Of a DNA stretch of 24,000 nucleotides, positions 1-9,462 are shown piece by piece (position 1 is the stretch's first letter; the number at the start of each line of letters is the position of its first letter). The position numbers and the translations under genes were made by a program. The stretch is taken from positions 38,605 to 62,604 of the forward strand of contig JBMNOV010000002.1 in assembly GCA_050943255.1 (NCBI GenBank). Direction: 5' to 3'. Below the pieces are notes generated by a model. The model did not search any database, had not been told where the DNA came from, and worked only from the letters and a program-made list of their open reading frames with translations. This DNA is from Syntrophomonadaceae bacterium (lineage in GTDB: Bacteria; Bacillota; Syntrophomonadia; Syntrophomonadales; Syntrophomonadaceae).

Positions 1-99
1 GCTGCTTCACCTGCCGGAGTGGGAAACTATGGTCAAATAGCATGTGTTATTGGAATTATATTAGTTAGTTGGATTGGATTTAGCTATCGAGAAGCATAG
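1..99 (+). CDS. 3' end of a membrane protein gene (partial); possibly a YeeE/YedE-type sulfur-compound transporter
   Basis: Frame 1 is open from the window edge to TAG at 97-99. It reads AASPAGVGNYGQIACVIGIILVSWIGFSYREA, a hydrophobic TM-like tail. The family guess rests only on the adjacent TusA-like gene (YeeE/YeeD-type pairing). Confidence 0.4.
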   Translation, partial: AASPAGVGNYGQIACVIGIILVSWIGFSYREA

Positions 100-112
100 G
101 AGGTGCTGATAC

Positions 113-322
113 ATGGAGAAACTTGATGTACGCGGACTTAGCTGTCCAGTTCCGGTATTACGAACTAAAAAAATTATAGATAATGGTGTTACTGAGCTGC
201 ATATAGTAGGCAGCAGCCAGGTTTCCAAAGAAAATGTAATTAGATTGGCTAAGTCGCAGGGCTTTGAAATAGATATAAAATTAGATAATAAGGATTTATG
301 GGAAATAGAAATCCGAAAATAG
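113..322 (+). CDS. TusA/SirA/YeeD-like sulfur carrier protein (CPxP motif)
   Basis: A 69-aa ORF with GGAGGTG 8 nt upstream of the ATG. The N-terminal motif DVRGLSCPVPVL carries the family-defining Cys-Pro-x-Pro. Size is typical of the family. Confidence 0.85.
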   Translation: MEKLDVRGLSCPVPVLRTKKIIDNGVTELHIVGSSQVSKENVIRLAKSQGFEIDIKLDNKDLWEIEIRK

Positions 323-394
323 GTTATTAGATACATAACAAAAGCTTCCCTTTGCATTCTACTACCATTAACTAAAAAGCATGCTAAAATATTA

Positions 395-431
395 CTAGGT
401 AAACTAAATCAGTTTACCTAGTTTCCTTTTT
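395..431 (+). terminator. Rho-independent terminator after the TusA-like gene
   Basis: Perfect 11-bp stem ctaggtaaact (395-405) / agtttacctag (411-421) with a 5-nt loop, followed by tttccttttt (422-431). Confidence 0.8.
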
Positions 432-515
432 ATATATTTTAGATGACTGCAATGCTATTCCCATATATCATAGCAATTTATTAATTAATCAAACTAATAC
501 GGGGGAGGTAGTTTT

Positions 516-1505
516 TTGCGTAAGAAAATTGGCTTGATAGTATTTTTTATTTTACTGACGAGTATTGCTATCTGGTTATATCTATATTATTCCCATCCCC
601 AAGCAGATACCCTTAAGGCCAGTGGAACAATTGAAGCAACAACTGTTGATATCTCCGCCCGTATTTCAGGAACACTAGTTAGCCTGAATTTACAGGAAGG
701 ACAAACAGTAGAAAAAGGGCAAATAGTAGCGGAACTTTCCCGCAGTGACCTAGTTGCGCAAAAGGAACGGGATGCTATGGCTGTTATGGTAGCTCAGGCT
801 AATTTGGAAAACCTCCGCTCAGGTGCTCGCAGGCAGGAACTGGAGCAAGCCCGCAGCAATGTCAATATAGCCCAAATAAATTTAGCTAAGGCACAGCAAG
901 ACCTGGACAAAATAAAGGTTTTGGCTGAGGCGGGGGCAGTTTCCCAGGATAAGCTGGATGAAACCCAGAATATTGTCGATCAAAGGAAATACCAGTTAGA
1001 AATAGCACAGGCTCAGCTTAGCCTTATAGAAGCTGGCAATCGTCCGCAAACTATCGCTGCTGCTGAAGCTGAACTGGAACGCAACAAAGCAATCTTGCAA
1101 GCCAGTCAAAGTATATTGGATGATCTAAAGTTAGCAGTACCCATTAGTGGTACTATTTTAAGCCGCAACTATGAACCTGGCGAGTATGTGCAGGCCGGAA
1201 GCTCCCTGGCTACCATCGCTGATTTGAATAACATGTGGATAAAAGTCTATATTCCAATAGATGACCTGCCCCAAATAAAACTAGGGCAAAAAGTATATTT
1301 TACTATAAGCGGGGACAGCCAGCGCTACAGCGGCACCATCATTAATATTGCTTCCCAGGGCGAGTTTACTCCCAAAACCATTCAAACGGAAAAGGAACGT
1401 ACTAATGTCGTTTTTGCTGTCAAGATCGGTTTTAACAATAAAAATGGTGCTCTAAAAATTGGTATGCCCGCTGATGTAGTATTTGGTGAGGATTCAATTC
1501 CATGA
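516..1505 (+). CDS. HlyD-family membrane fusion / periplasmic adaptor protein of an ABC exporter
   Basis: TTG start preceded by GGGGGAGG. There is one N-terminal TM helix (IGLIVFFILLTSIAIWLYLYY). A long coiled-coil middle (ARRQELEQARSNVNIAQINLAKAQQDL...) is flanked by barrel-sandwich/beta-barrel-like segments. The stop overlaps the next start (ATGA at 1502-1505). Confidence 0.85.
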   Translation: MRKKIGLIVFFILLTSIAIWLYLYYSHPQADTLKASGTIEATTVDISARISGTLVSLNLQEGQTVEKGQIVAELSRSDLVAQKERDAMAVMVAQANLENLRSGARRQELEQARSNVNIAQINLAKAQQDLDKIKVLAEAGAVSQDKLDETQNIVDQRKYQLEIAQAQLSLIEAGNRPQTIAAAEAELERNKAILQASQSILDDLKLAVPISGTILSRNYEPGEYVQAGSSLATIADLNNMWIKVYIPIDDLPQIKLGQKVYFTISGDSQRYSGTIINIASQGEFTPKTIQTEKERTNVVFAVKIGFNNKNGALKIGMPADVVFGEDSIP

Positions 1506-2425
1506 TAATATGCAGGAATTTAAGCAAGCGATTTGAAGAAATTCAGGCTTTGGATAATATTAACCTGAAAGTTAAACGCGGTGAAATTTGGGGACTTGTC
1601 GGACCTGATGGAGCCGGCAAAACCACGCTTATACGCACAATTTGTGGTCTAATTAAACCTGACTATGGGGAAATAGAACTACTGGGTTATCCTCCGCATG
1701 AGCAGGACAAAATTAGTTCCCGTCTAGGTTATATGCCGCAAAGATTCAGTTTGTATGGAGATCTTACCGTAATGGAGAACATATTTTTCTTCGGAGCTAT
1801 GTATGCAATAGACAAAAAAACAATCCGCGATAGAGCTGTAAAAATCCTGCAGATTACAGGGATGAACCGTTTTCAAAATCGTTTGGCTGATCAGCTTTCC
1901 GGGGGAATGAAACAGAAACTAGCTCTTACCACGGCTTTGATCACCCGCCCGGAAGTGCTGTTATTAGATGAACCCACCTATGGAGTAGATCCGGAATCCC
2001 GCAAGGAATTCTGGAAAATCCTTTATCGGCTTAATCAGGAAGGTATAACTATTCTGGTTTCTACCCCTTATATGGATGAAGCTGAGCAGTGCCATCAGGT
2101 TGCTTTTATTAACCAAGGACAAATCAAAGCAGTTGATTCTCCCCACGGCTTGCGTCAGTCTTGGGGCCATCAGGTTCTGGAACTTCGCATAGACAGTCGT
2201 GATCCGAAGATTTTAAGCAATGTTCCGGAATTACTGGATGTTTCTTTTTACGGTTACAAATATAGGGTGGTAGTTGATAATGAAGAGCAAGCCCGAGAAA
2301 ATATAGAAGACCATTTAAATAAATTAGGTCTCACCATACTAGAAATAACCAGGACAGTTCCATCTATGGAGGATGTTTTTGTCGCCCTGGCGGAAGATGA
2401 GGCAGACCATGGAATTCGCAATTGA
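1502..2425 (+). CDS. ABC transporter ATP-binding protein (first of two)
   Basis: Walker A GPDGAGKTT, signature LSGGMKQK and Walker B LLLDEPTYGVD are present. The C-terminal accessory domain is typical of ABC-2/DrrA-type ATPases. Confidence 0.9.
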   Translation: MIICRNLSKRFEEIQALDNINLKVKRGEIWGLVGPDGAGKTTLIRTICGLIKPDYGEIELLGYPPHEQDKISSRLGYMPQRFSLYGDLTVMENIFFFGAMYAIDKKTIRDRAVKILQITGMNRFQNRLADQLSGGMKQKLALTTALITRPEVLLLDEPTYGVDPESRKEFWKILYRLNQEGITILVSTPYMDEAEQCHQVAFINQGQIKAVDSPHGLRQSWGHQVLELRIDSRDPKILSNVPELLDVSFYGYKYRVVVDNEEQARENIEDHLNKLGLTILEITRTVPSMEDVFVALAEDEADHGIRN

Positions 2426-3314
2426 AACCTATAATCTAACGCGCCAATTTGGAGACTTTACCGCAGTTGATTCACTGGATCTGGCCATTAAGCCGGGTGA
2501 AATCTGCGGATTTTTAGGTCCTAATGGTGCGGGCAAATCAACTACCATTCGTATGCTTTGCGGTATCTTAAAGCCCAGTTCCGGAAGCGGCAGTGTACTA
2601 GGTTATGATCTGGTACGCGAGAGTGAACTCATAAAAAGGCGAATAGGTTATATGTCGCAAAAGTTCAGTCTCTACGACGATTTGACTGTATTGGAAAACA
2701 TCGATTTCTATGCCGGATTATATAACATTACCCGTCGGCAGCGGCGGGCCCGGATCCATGAGATACTGGAGCTGACGGGACTTATTAAACACTGTAATGA
2801 ACCGACAGCCAACTTAAGTGTAGGCTTTAAACAGCGTTTGGCTTTAGCCTGTGCCATTATCTCGCCAGCAGATGTCCTTTTTTTGGATGAACCTACTAGC
2901 GGGGTTAGTCCTACGGCTCGGCGGGCTTTCTTCGATATAATCTATACCCTGGCCCAGGCAGGAACCACCGTCATCGTTAGCACTCATTTTATGGATGAAG
3001 CAGAACGTTGTGACCGTATTGCCTTTATGTCCCAGGGGAAATTGCTGGCCCTGGATCGCCCGGATCACTTAAAAAAAATGACCATAAAAGGTGTTATGGT
3101 AGAACTGGAACTACCCTCCCCCATGGAATGGCTACCTCGACTGGAAGCTTCGACCTGGGTAAAAGAAGCCAGCATTCATGGTTCACTCTTGCATGTATTA
3201 CTACCGGATGAAAATGCCATATATGCACTAAAGGAACTTACCGGACAACAGCCGCGCGTGATAACCCCCAGCCTTGAGGACGTCTTTATCAATTTAGCCA
3301 GGAAAGAAGTGTGA
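2409..3314 (+). CDS. ABC transporter ATP-binding protein (second of two)
   Basis: Walker A GPNGAGKST and Walker B LFLDEPTSGVS are present, with a degenerate signature LSVGFKQR. I chose the ATG at 2409 (MEFAIETYNL...) rather than the track start at 2373, because ABC ATPases begin a few residues before this beta-strand. It overlaps the upstream gene by 17 nt. Confidence 0.88.
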   Translation: MEFAIETYNLTRQFGDFTAVDSLDLAIKPGEICGFLGPNGAGKSTTIRMLCGILKPSSGSGSVLGYDLVRESELIKRRIGYMSQKFSLYDDLTVLENIDFYAGLYNITRRQRRARIHEILELTGLIKHCNEPTANLSVGFKQRLALACAIISPADVLFLDEPTSGVSPTARRAFFDIIYTLAQAGTTVIVSTHFMDEAERCDRIAFMSQGKLLALDRPDHLKKMTIKGVMVELELPSPMEWLPRLEASTWVKEASIHGSLLHVLLPDENAIYALKELTGQQPRVITPSLEDVFINLARKEV

Positions 3315-4438
3315 TCGGCATGAGTATACAGCGAATCTTTGCAGTGGTTAAAAAAGAGTTTCTCCAAATGAAGCGTGATCGAATGACCCTGGGATTAATT
3401 TTTATGATACCGCTGATACAGTTAATTCTGTTCGGCTATGCCATTCAAACCGAAGTTAAACATATTCCTACAGTTGTTTTTGATCAATCGCTTTCCACCT
3501 CCAGCCGGGATTTACTGGACTCATTTTCAGCCTCCGGCTACTTTGATATAAAATATACCGTTAATAGTTATACAGAGGTAACGCAAAAAATTGACAGCGG
3601 CCAGGCACAGGTAGGAATCATTTTTCCGCCTGATTTCTATCGTGCTTTGCAGCGGGGTGAGTCAGCACCCGTTCAAGTAATTGTGGATGCCAGTGACAAC
3701 ATGGTGGCCAACCAGGCCGTGGCAGTCGCCAATGCCATCGGGCTGATTAAATCCCAGCAAATCCTAACGCAAAAAATGGCCTTTTCCGGAGGCCCCCCTT
3801 ATGACATAAGAGTAAGACCTTGGTATAACCCTGACGGGGTTACTGCATATTACATGGTACCGGCTATACTGGGCATGGTGGTAACCATGACCATGGTTAT
3901 TATTACTGCAGTTGCCATCGTGCGGGAGCGGGAGAGAGGTACCATGGAGCAGCTTCTTGTTACCCCCATTAAACCGCTGGAATTGATGATTGGTAAAATT
4001 CTCCCCTACATTGTTCTTGGCTATATACAAATAACAGTAGCTTTGCTGGTAGGAGTTTTAATCTTTAATGTACCTATCCGGGGCAGCTTACTGCAGCTCT
4101 ACTTATTAACCCTGTTTTTTATTACCGCATCACTGGGGTTAGGTTTAATGATCTCCAACGTAGCCAAAAACCAGATGCAGGCTTTTCAAATGTCATTTTT
4201 TATAATGCTGCCCAGCATCTTGTTGTCTGGTTTCATGTTTCCCCGTTTAGCCATGCCTCAGGTTATATATTATTTAAGCTATGTAATCCCTTTGACCTAT
4301 TATCTGGATATCATCCGGGGTATTATGCTAAAAGGAATAGGCTATCAGTATTTGATGGGACAGGTTATTTCGTTATTTGTCTTTTCCATTGTCATGCTGA
4401 CAATTAGTACCCTTAAGTTCCAAAAGAAGATAATTTAA
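3311..4438 (+). CDS. ABC-2 type transporter permease (YbhR/YbhS/YhhJ-like)
   Basis: One N-terminal TM helix, a large extracytoplasmic loop, then about five C-terminal TM helices, which is the typical ABC-2 layout. The GTG at 3311 overlaps the upstream stop (GTGA). The ATG at 3320 is an alternative start. Confidence 0.85.
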   Translation: MIGMSIQRIFAVVKKEFLQMKRDRMTLGLIFMIPLIQLILFGYAIQTEVKHIPTVVFDQSLSTSSRDLLDSFSASGYFDIKYTVNSYTEVTQKIDSGQAQVGIIFPPDFYRALQRGESAPVQVIVDASDNMVANQAVAVANAIGLIKSQQILTQKMAFSGGPPYDIRVRPWYNPDGVTAYYMVPAILGMVVTMTMVIITAVAIVRERERGTMEQLLVTPIKPLELMIGKILPYIVLGYIQITVALLVGVLIFNVPIRGSLLQLYLLTLFFITASLGLGLMISNVAKNQMQAFQMSFFIMLPSILLSGFMFPRLAMPQVIYYLSYVIPLTYYLDIIRGIMLKGIGYQYLMGQVISLFVFSIVMLTISTLKFQKKII

Positions 4439-4453
4439 AGTCAGGAGCAGTAT

Positions 4454-5014
4454 ATGAAAATTACTGAAAGAATTATTAAGGCTAGTCAGGAATTAGCACA
4501 GGCCAAGGGCTTTAATAATATGAAGATGGATGAACTGGCCCAACAGGCAGGGGTCAGCAAAAGAACAATTTATCGTTACTTTCGCAGCAAAGAAGAAGTT
4601 ATAGAAGCCAGCCTGGATACATTTATGGCTGAAATGGACCGACAGATTGAAAATATAATGGCACAGGATTTAACCGCCTCAGATGTAATAAAAGCCGTAA
4701 TTAATAACCTAATTATTTATGGGCAGTTTATAATGAACCCTATGGGGCTAAATGACCTGCGCACTTACTATCCTCATCTCTGGAAAAAAATCGATGCTTT
4801 CCGTCTGGAGCGGATCCGTATGGTGATTACTAAGTTTATTAAGCAAAGCCATAATGCCCTATTGCATGAAACAGATCCGCGCATTGTTACCGCAGTCATC
4901 CTCGCTTCCATTCAGGCGGTTGTAAATCCAGATTTTATTTTGGAAAATAATCTAACCTTTGAAGAAACGGCAAATCAGTTAAGTAAACTTATGATGGCAT
5001 TCTTTTATTTGTAG
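4454..5014 (+). CDS. TetR/AcrR-family transcriptional regulator
   Basis: The N-terminal HTH reads KMDELAQQAGVSKRTIYRYFRSKEEV. The protein is 186 aa, with AGGAGCAG upstream of the start. It is the last gene of the exporter operon. Confidence 0.9.
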   Translation: MKITERIIKASQELAQAKGFNNMKMDELAQQAGVSKRTIYRYFRSKEEVIEASLDTFMAEMDRQIENIMAQDLTASDVIKAVINNLIIYGQFIMNPMGLNDLRTYYPHLWKKIDAFRLERIRMVITKFIKQSHNALLHETDPRIVTAVILASIQAVVNPDFILENNLTFEETANQLSKLMMAFFYL

Positions 5015-5177
5015 CCTCCAAGGCCATAACATAAGCCGGTTCATCGGCAAAGTTCACCTCTATCAGCATATCGATGCAGCTGTTGCACTCATCATTATCA
5101 CCACCATGTAAAATGCCCACAATGGATTAGAGCCAATACCCTGTAAGATTTGCTTGCCGATTATTTTCTTTTTCTGA

Positions 5178-5206
5178 TTGACAACAAGTTGAGCCTAGCT
5201 TATAAT
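5178..5206 (+). promoter_or_regulatory. Consensus sigma-A promoter of the GntR-ABC operon
   Basis: TTGACA (5178-5183), a 17-nt spacer, then TATAAT (5201-5206). This sits 47 nt upstream of the GTG start at 5253. Confidence 0.7.
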
Positions 5207-5208
5207 GT

Positions 5209-5234
5209 TAGTGTACTAGGTTACTATTGCACTA
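5209..5234 (+). promoter_or_regulatory. Candidate operator (imperfect palindrome), probably for the adjacent GntR/YtrA-type repressor
   Basis: TAGTGTACTAGG (5209-5220) matches the reverse complement of ACTATTGCACTA (5223-5234) at 9 of 12 positions, with 2 nt between the arms. It starts 3 nt after the -10 box, so it covers the likely transcription start. Confidence 0.4.
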
Positions 5235-5252
5235 GGGAGGAGGTGCCTGAAT

Positions 5253-5636
5253 GTGGATTTTAATGCTTCACAGCCTATTTATAAGCAGATAATTAATGAT
5301 TATAAGAAAAGACTTATCCGCGGAGAAATAAAAACTGGAGATAAGATAGCATCACAGCGGGAATATGCGGAAAAAGCTAGAATTAACCCTAACACTGTAC
5401 AGAGAGCATATCGAGAAATGGAGAACATGAATATAGTTGAGACAGTAAGAGGCCAGGGTACATTTATCAGTATATCCAGTGACAAGCTAGAGGATATTAA
5501 AATGGAAATGGCCATTCAGCTAATTGATCATTTTATTAATGAAATGGAATCCCTGGGATTTAGCTATGAGGTTATGCTTAATCTCGTGGAACAGGAACAA
5601 GCCCAGCGAAGGAGGTTATCAGATGATAGAGTTTAA
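5253..5636 (+). CDS. GntR-family transcriptional regulator, YtrA-like short subfamily
   Basis: GTG start with GGGAGGAGG upstream. The winged-HTH reads PIYKQIINDYKKRLIRGEIKTGDKIASQREYAEKARINPNTVQRAYREMENMNIVETVRGQGTFI. The short helical C-terminus (127 aa total) is typical of YtrA-type regulators paired with ABC transporters. Confidence 0.85.
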   Translation: MDFNASQPIYKQIINDYKKRLIRGEIKTGDKIASQREYAEKARINPNTVQRAYREMENMNIVETVRGQGTFISISSDKLEDIKMEMAIQLIDHFINEMESLGFSYEVMLNLVEQEQAQRRRLSDDRV

Positions 5637-6318
5637 AAACGTAACTAAGAATTTTGGCAGTACAGTAGCATTGAATAATGTCAGTCTGGTTTTCCCACGG
5701 GGAAAAATAATTGGTCTGTTTGGCCCTAACGGAGCCGGAAAATCTACCAGTATCAAGCTTATAATAGGACTTAATCGCCCTGATGGTGGTGAAGTTTTGA
5801 TTGATGGGGAAAAACCGCAAAATAAAAAACATGATGTAGCTTATCTGCCCGAGATAGACCACCTTTATTCTTGGATGAATATTGCCCAGGCCGCCGACTT
5901 TACCCGCACTTTTTATGCTGATTGGGATGAGGCCAAATACAGGGATTTAATCAAGTTTTTAAACCTAAATGAAGATATGAATATTTCCCGTATTTCTAAA
6001 GGGCAACGGGCCAAAGCTAAGCTTCTTCTGACTGTATCCCGGCGGGCCCCTTATTTACTTATGGATGAGCCTTTGTCTGGTATCGATATATTAACCCGGG
6101 AAGAAGTTATTAATACCTTAATTCGGGATTATCGTGAGGGAGAACAGACCATTATTATTTCCACGCATGAGATTGCTGAGGTAGAAAGCCTGGTAGATGA
6201 AGTAGTGTTTCTGAATCAGGGTCAGGTAACCCTTAATGGTAACGCTGAAGATTTACGGGTACAAAGGGGCATGTCCTTAGTAGAATTGATGAAGGAGGCG
6301 TTTAGAAATGCCGACTAG
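5623..6318 (+). CDS. ABC transporter ATP-binding protein (YtrB-like)
   Basis: Walker A GPNGAGKST, a degenerate signature ISKGQRAK and Walker B LLMDEPLSGID are present. I chose the ATG at 5623 (MIEFKNVTKNFG), with GAAGGAGG 6 nt upstream, over the track start at 5524. It overlaps the GntR stop. Confidence 0.88.
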   Translation: MIEFKNVTKNFGSTVALNNVSLVFPRGKIIGLFGPNGAGKSTSIKLIIGLNRPDGGEVLIDGEKPQNKKHDVAYLPEIDHLYSWMNIAQAADFTRTFYADWDEAKYRDLIKFLNLNEDMNISRISKGQRAKAKLLLTVSRRAPYLLMDEPLSGIDILTREEVINTLIRDYREGEQTIIISTHEIAEVESLVDEVVFLNQGQVTLNGNAEDLRVQRGMSLVELMKEAFRNAD

Positions 6319-7090
6319 TATGAAAAAATTTTTAAAACTCTACTGTAAGGAAATGCATGATTTGCGTCCGGAAATTCTGGTAATAATTATTACCACATTA
6401 GTCATTGACGTTTACTTTTATTTTAAATTTCAGGATATGCCGAGTATAGTTATTGGACCATTGGTGATGATTTTAGGATTAGCGTCATTACTGCCCTTTA
6501 TCTCCTCTTTTAAACTGCTTAACCGGGAATTCAGTACTAATACGGCCTATTTGTTATTATCGCTGCCAGTTAAAGGAGGCAGTATATTAGGTTCTAAACT
6601 ACTGGCTTTGCTTAGCCAGTATGTTATAGGCACTTTAGTTGTGGGTATAGCAGGAGTAATTCTAATATCTTTGTTATTTCCTGAACCAGGATTGGAGGAA
6701 GTTATAAGCCAGGCACAGGCAGCAGGAATAGACATTAATCTGCAATCACTATTCAGCATGGTAGGATTATTCTATTTAATGAGTATTGTGAGTATTGCCT
6801 ATGCCATTGTTATAAGTTTCTTTAGCCAATTAACAGGAAAGCTCGTAAAACGTTTTTCCGGTCTTATAACGGTTATCATCTTCCTAGCCACTTTCTGGTT
6901 AATGGGTAAATTATTGACCCCGCTCTGGCAGCAATTGGGCAATTTCACCCATTATTATATGAATAATCATAGTTTCAGTGTAGCCGCATTTAATGGAATA
7001 ATGGGTCTTAATACCTTAATTATTTTGCTGGGTACAGCCCTGGTGTTTCTGGCAGCTGTGCTGATTTATAATCACAGGATTGAATTATAA
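6308..7090 (+). CDS. Polytopic membrane protein, putative permease partner of the YtrB-like ATPase
   Basis: About six hydrophobic helices and no recognisable catalytic motif. The ATG overlaps the ATPase stop, with GGAGG 9 nt upstream. The function is inferred from operon position only. Confidence 0.65.
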   Translation: MPTSMKKFLKLYCKEMHDLRPEILVIIITTLVIDVYFYFKFQDMPSIVIGPLVMILGLASLLPFISSFKLLNREFSTNTAYLLLSLPVKGGSILGSKLLALLSQYVIGTLVVGIAGVILISLLFPEPGLEEVISQAQAAGIDINLQSLFSMVGLFYLMSIVSIAYAIVISFFSQLTGKLVKRFSGLITVIIFLATFWLMGKLLTPLWQQLGNFTHYYMNNHSFSVAAFNGIMGLNTLIILLGTALVFLAAVLIYNHRIEL

Positions 7091-7093
7091 GAG

Positions 7094-7146
7094 TAAAGTC
7101 AGGAGTAAAGCAAAAGACTTTACCCCTGACTTTGGCCCTGACTTTA
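7094..7146. terminator. Interrupted long hairpin between convergent genes; possible bidirectional terminator
   Basis: aaagtcagg (7095-7103) pairs with cctgacttt (7125-7133). Inner gtaaag (7105-7110) pairs with ctttac (7118-7123), leaving a 7-nt loop. A second copy of cctgacttt at 7137-7145 offers an alternative pairing. There is no clear U-tract. Confidence 0.4.
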
Positions 7147-7262
7147 GGCGATTGCTGTATTCACCCCAGAATATCATGCAACTTTAAAGAACTTTCCCTT
7201 TGGGTTACGTAATAAATAATATTTTCCAGTATACATGAAGGATGTTAGAAGTATCTCTATTC

Positions 7263-8120
7263 CTACTCAATTGCTGATGTTTTTAACGAATTTATAATTA
7301 AATCACATTGTCCAGCTTGGTTATCATCAATTAAATCTTTGCTGACCGCAAAAACACATAAATAAATCCCGTCGTCTAATAATTTATAAGCATGGATATT
7401 AATAGTTCCTTCTTCCTCGTATACAACCCCCGCGATTACACCTTCGATAAAAGTACTGACTTCGTTTTTATCTGCATATTCCTTAAAGCATTCTTCAGCA
7501 AACTCATTAAAATTACTTGCGTTGATACCTTCTGCTGGGTCAGCCCAACCTACGAGACCAAAAATACTTTGGTAAGCAGATATTTCTACTCCTTCGACTG
7601 TTTCATCATCAACTACCCAATCAGCAGGAAGAATCATTTCAAAGCCTTGATCTTTATTAATATATGTTTTCAGGGAAATAGTAATACCTTGTGTAGCTGC
7701 ATTATAATCTACTTTTGAACCAAGACTTTCACTGATGAACCTTATCGGAACCATAGTGCTTCCATTTACTATTTGAGCTGGTATATCAATATTTGTTTTA
7801 TCCCCATTAATAACTGCATAGTTTAGGCCAACCGGTACTTCAATAATTTGGTCTGCAAGAACTACAGTTGCCGTACGCGAATCACCATCCCACTGAACAT
7901 CGCAGCCAAAAGCATCGCCGATAAACCTTAGAGGAACCAGAGTTCTGCCATCAGTTACCTGCGCTGGAGTAGACATGGTAACACTCTGTCCATTGATTTG
8001 TGCTTGAGTACTCCCTATAACCAGATTAATGCTTTTGTCAATTATTTCAGCACTGGCTGTCCCCGCAAAGATAAATACCATCATTAGCAAAGTAATTAAA
8101 AATAATAATGATTTCCTCAT
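7263..8120 (-). CDS. Secreted protein with two copper-amine-oxidase-N-terminal-like repeats and an unassigned C-terminal domain
   Basis: Signal peptide MRKSLLFLITLLMMVFIFAGTASA. There are two repeats of the motif DGRTLVPLRFIGDAFGCDVQWD / NGSTMVPIRFISESLGSKVDYN. I prefer the start at 8120 (AAGGGG upstream); the track start is 8150. Confidence 0.75.
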   Translation of the reverse strand: MRKSLLFLITLLMMVFIFAGTASAEIIDKSINLVIGSTQAQINGQSVTMSTPAQVTDGRTLVPLRFIGDAFGCDVQWDGDSRTATVVLADQIIEVPVGLNYAVINGDKTNIDIPAQIVNGSTMVPIRFISESLGSKVDYNAATQGITISLKTYINKDQGFEMILPADWVVDDETVEGVEISAYQSIFGLVGWADPAEGINASNFNEFAEECFKEYADKNEVSTFIEGVIAGVVYEEEGTINIHAYKLLDDGIYLCVFAVSKDLIDDNQAGQCDLIINSLKTSAIE

Positions 8121-8598
8121 AATAAATTTTTTACCCCTTTCTAATTGCAAACTTCCGTTTCGTAGTCCTGTCCTAACATCTTAATTGCGGCCACAAATAA
8201 ATCCATAAGATAATTTTAATTTAACTTCGATAAAATCCCCCCATAGTTAAATTTACAGAGTTTTTTGGCCAAAACGAAACTCTTAATCCAGATTATACCC
8301 TATGCCAATTCCTAATTCACCACTATTTCCTTAAAAATAAGGACTTTTATAATAGATAGTGTAGCCTTTTGGCTTGGTATCTTAGCCCTACATTTCTTTA
8401 TTACATTTGAGTTCATTTCCAATAATATGGTTAATTGCTAACCATTTTAGGGAACAGCACATTAGTTTAGCCCACAGTCTTACGTTCTTTGCTAAAATTT
8501 CATTATTTATATAACGATTCGATATTTTTTATGTAAAAAAAACCGAGCATATATAAACTAGCTTTAGTAATATGTAGGTATGCAAAGGAGTAGGGATA

Positions 8599-9462
8599 AT
8601 GTTAAATAAATTAAATCATGTAATTGATTATATTGAAGATCATTTAACCGATGAGCTATCACCTAAAATAATTTCTGAGTATGCTGGAGTTTCTGATTAT
8701 CACTTTAGAAAGATATTTTTTTATCTTTCAGGATTGACGCTTAGCGAATACATCAAAAATAGAAAATTGTCGGAAGCCAATAAGGATTTACTTAATGGAG
8801 AAAAAGTAACGGATGTCGCTTTTAAATATGGTTATCAGTCAATAGACGGCTTTACTCGAGCATTTAAAAAATGGAATGGGTCTTTACCCTCAGATGTATT
8901 TAAAAAAGGCATAAGTAAATCGTTTCCCAAACTTTCTTTCGTGATAACCGTCAAGGGAGGAATTACTATGGAATTTCGAATTGAAGACAAACCAGCGTTT
9001 AGCTTAGTTGGTGTAAGTAAACGTGTTCCTATGCAATTTGCAGGTGTTAATAACGAGATACTAAAGTTGGCAGAAAGCATAACGGACAAACAAAAAGAAG
9101 AGATGCATTCTCTGCAAAATATAGCGCCTTATGAAATTGTCAATGCATCTTATGATGCTGACGCTAATTTCTTAAAAGAAGAAGGATATTTAACTCACTT
9201 GATAGGGGTTTTAACGACTGAAAAACAAGTTAGTGATCTATTAGAAAAAGTGCCAGTAGAAGCCTGTACTTGGGCCATATTCCCCAACGAAGGCCCATTT
9301 CCTTCTACATTACAACAAACAATGGCAAAAATATATTCAGAGTGGCTTCCTTCTTCCAATTACGAAGTAATCAATGCCCCTTCTTTTTCATTTACTAAAA
9401 TGGATGCAAATAAAAAAGATTACGCTTATAGTGAAATTTGGATTCCTGTTCAGAAGAAGTAA
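8599..9462 (+). CDS. AraC-family transcriptional regulator with a GyrI-like effector-binding domain
   Basis: The N-terminal double HTH includes YAGVSDYHFRKIFFYLSGLTLSEYIKNRKL and VTDVAFKYGYQSIDGFTRAFKKWNG. The C-terminal half (MEFRIEDKPAFSLVGVS...EIWIPV) follows the GyrI/SbmC-like pattern. AAAGGAG lies upstream. Confidence 0.85.
   Translation: MLNKLNHVIDYIEDHLTDELSPKIISEYAGVSDYHFRKIFFYLSGLTLSEYIKNRKLSEANKDLLNGEKVTDVAFKYGYQSIDGFTRAFKKWNGSLPSDVFKKGISKSFPKLSFVITVKGGITMEFRIEDKPAFSLVGVSKRVPMQFAGVNNEILKLAESITDKQKEEMHSLQNIAPYEIVNASYDADANFLKEEGYLTHLIGVLTTEKQVSDLLEKVPVEACTWAIFPNEGPFPSTLQQTMAKIYSEWLPSSNYEVINAPSFSFTKMDANKKDYAYSEIWIPVQKK

Noticed and set aside
451-477. An inverted repeat TGCTAT-11 nt-ATAGCA upstream of the HlyD/ABC/TetR operon, considered as a TetR operator.
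   Set aside because: The arms are only 6 bp in an AT-rich spacer, so a chance occurrence is plausible. I could not define a convincing -35/-10 pair around it.
2373-2408. N-terminal extensions given by the ORF track: 2373 for the second ATPase, 5524 for the YtrB-like ATPase, 8150, 20417 and 21399.
   Set aside because: The downstream in-frame ATGs have proper SD spacing and give N-termini matching the family norm. The extensions overlap upstream genes and read as non-conserved sequence.
5040-5170. A short minus-strand frame (...GILHGGDNDECNSCIDMLIEVNFADEPAYVMALE...) in the TetR-GntR spacer, overlapping the TetR 3' end.
   Set aside because: It is only about 44 codons and is bounded by a stop immediately upstream. 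It has no ATG at its 5' end (only an internal GVG-type GTG candidate), no SD site and no recognisable motif.
8263-8274. A perfect 12-bp palindrome ttttggccaaaa in the divergent intergenic region between the secreted repeat protein gene and the AraC-like gene.
   Set aside because: It is a single short AT-rich palindrome with no second copy and no positional link to a recognisable promoter. It cannot be distinguished from chance.
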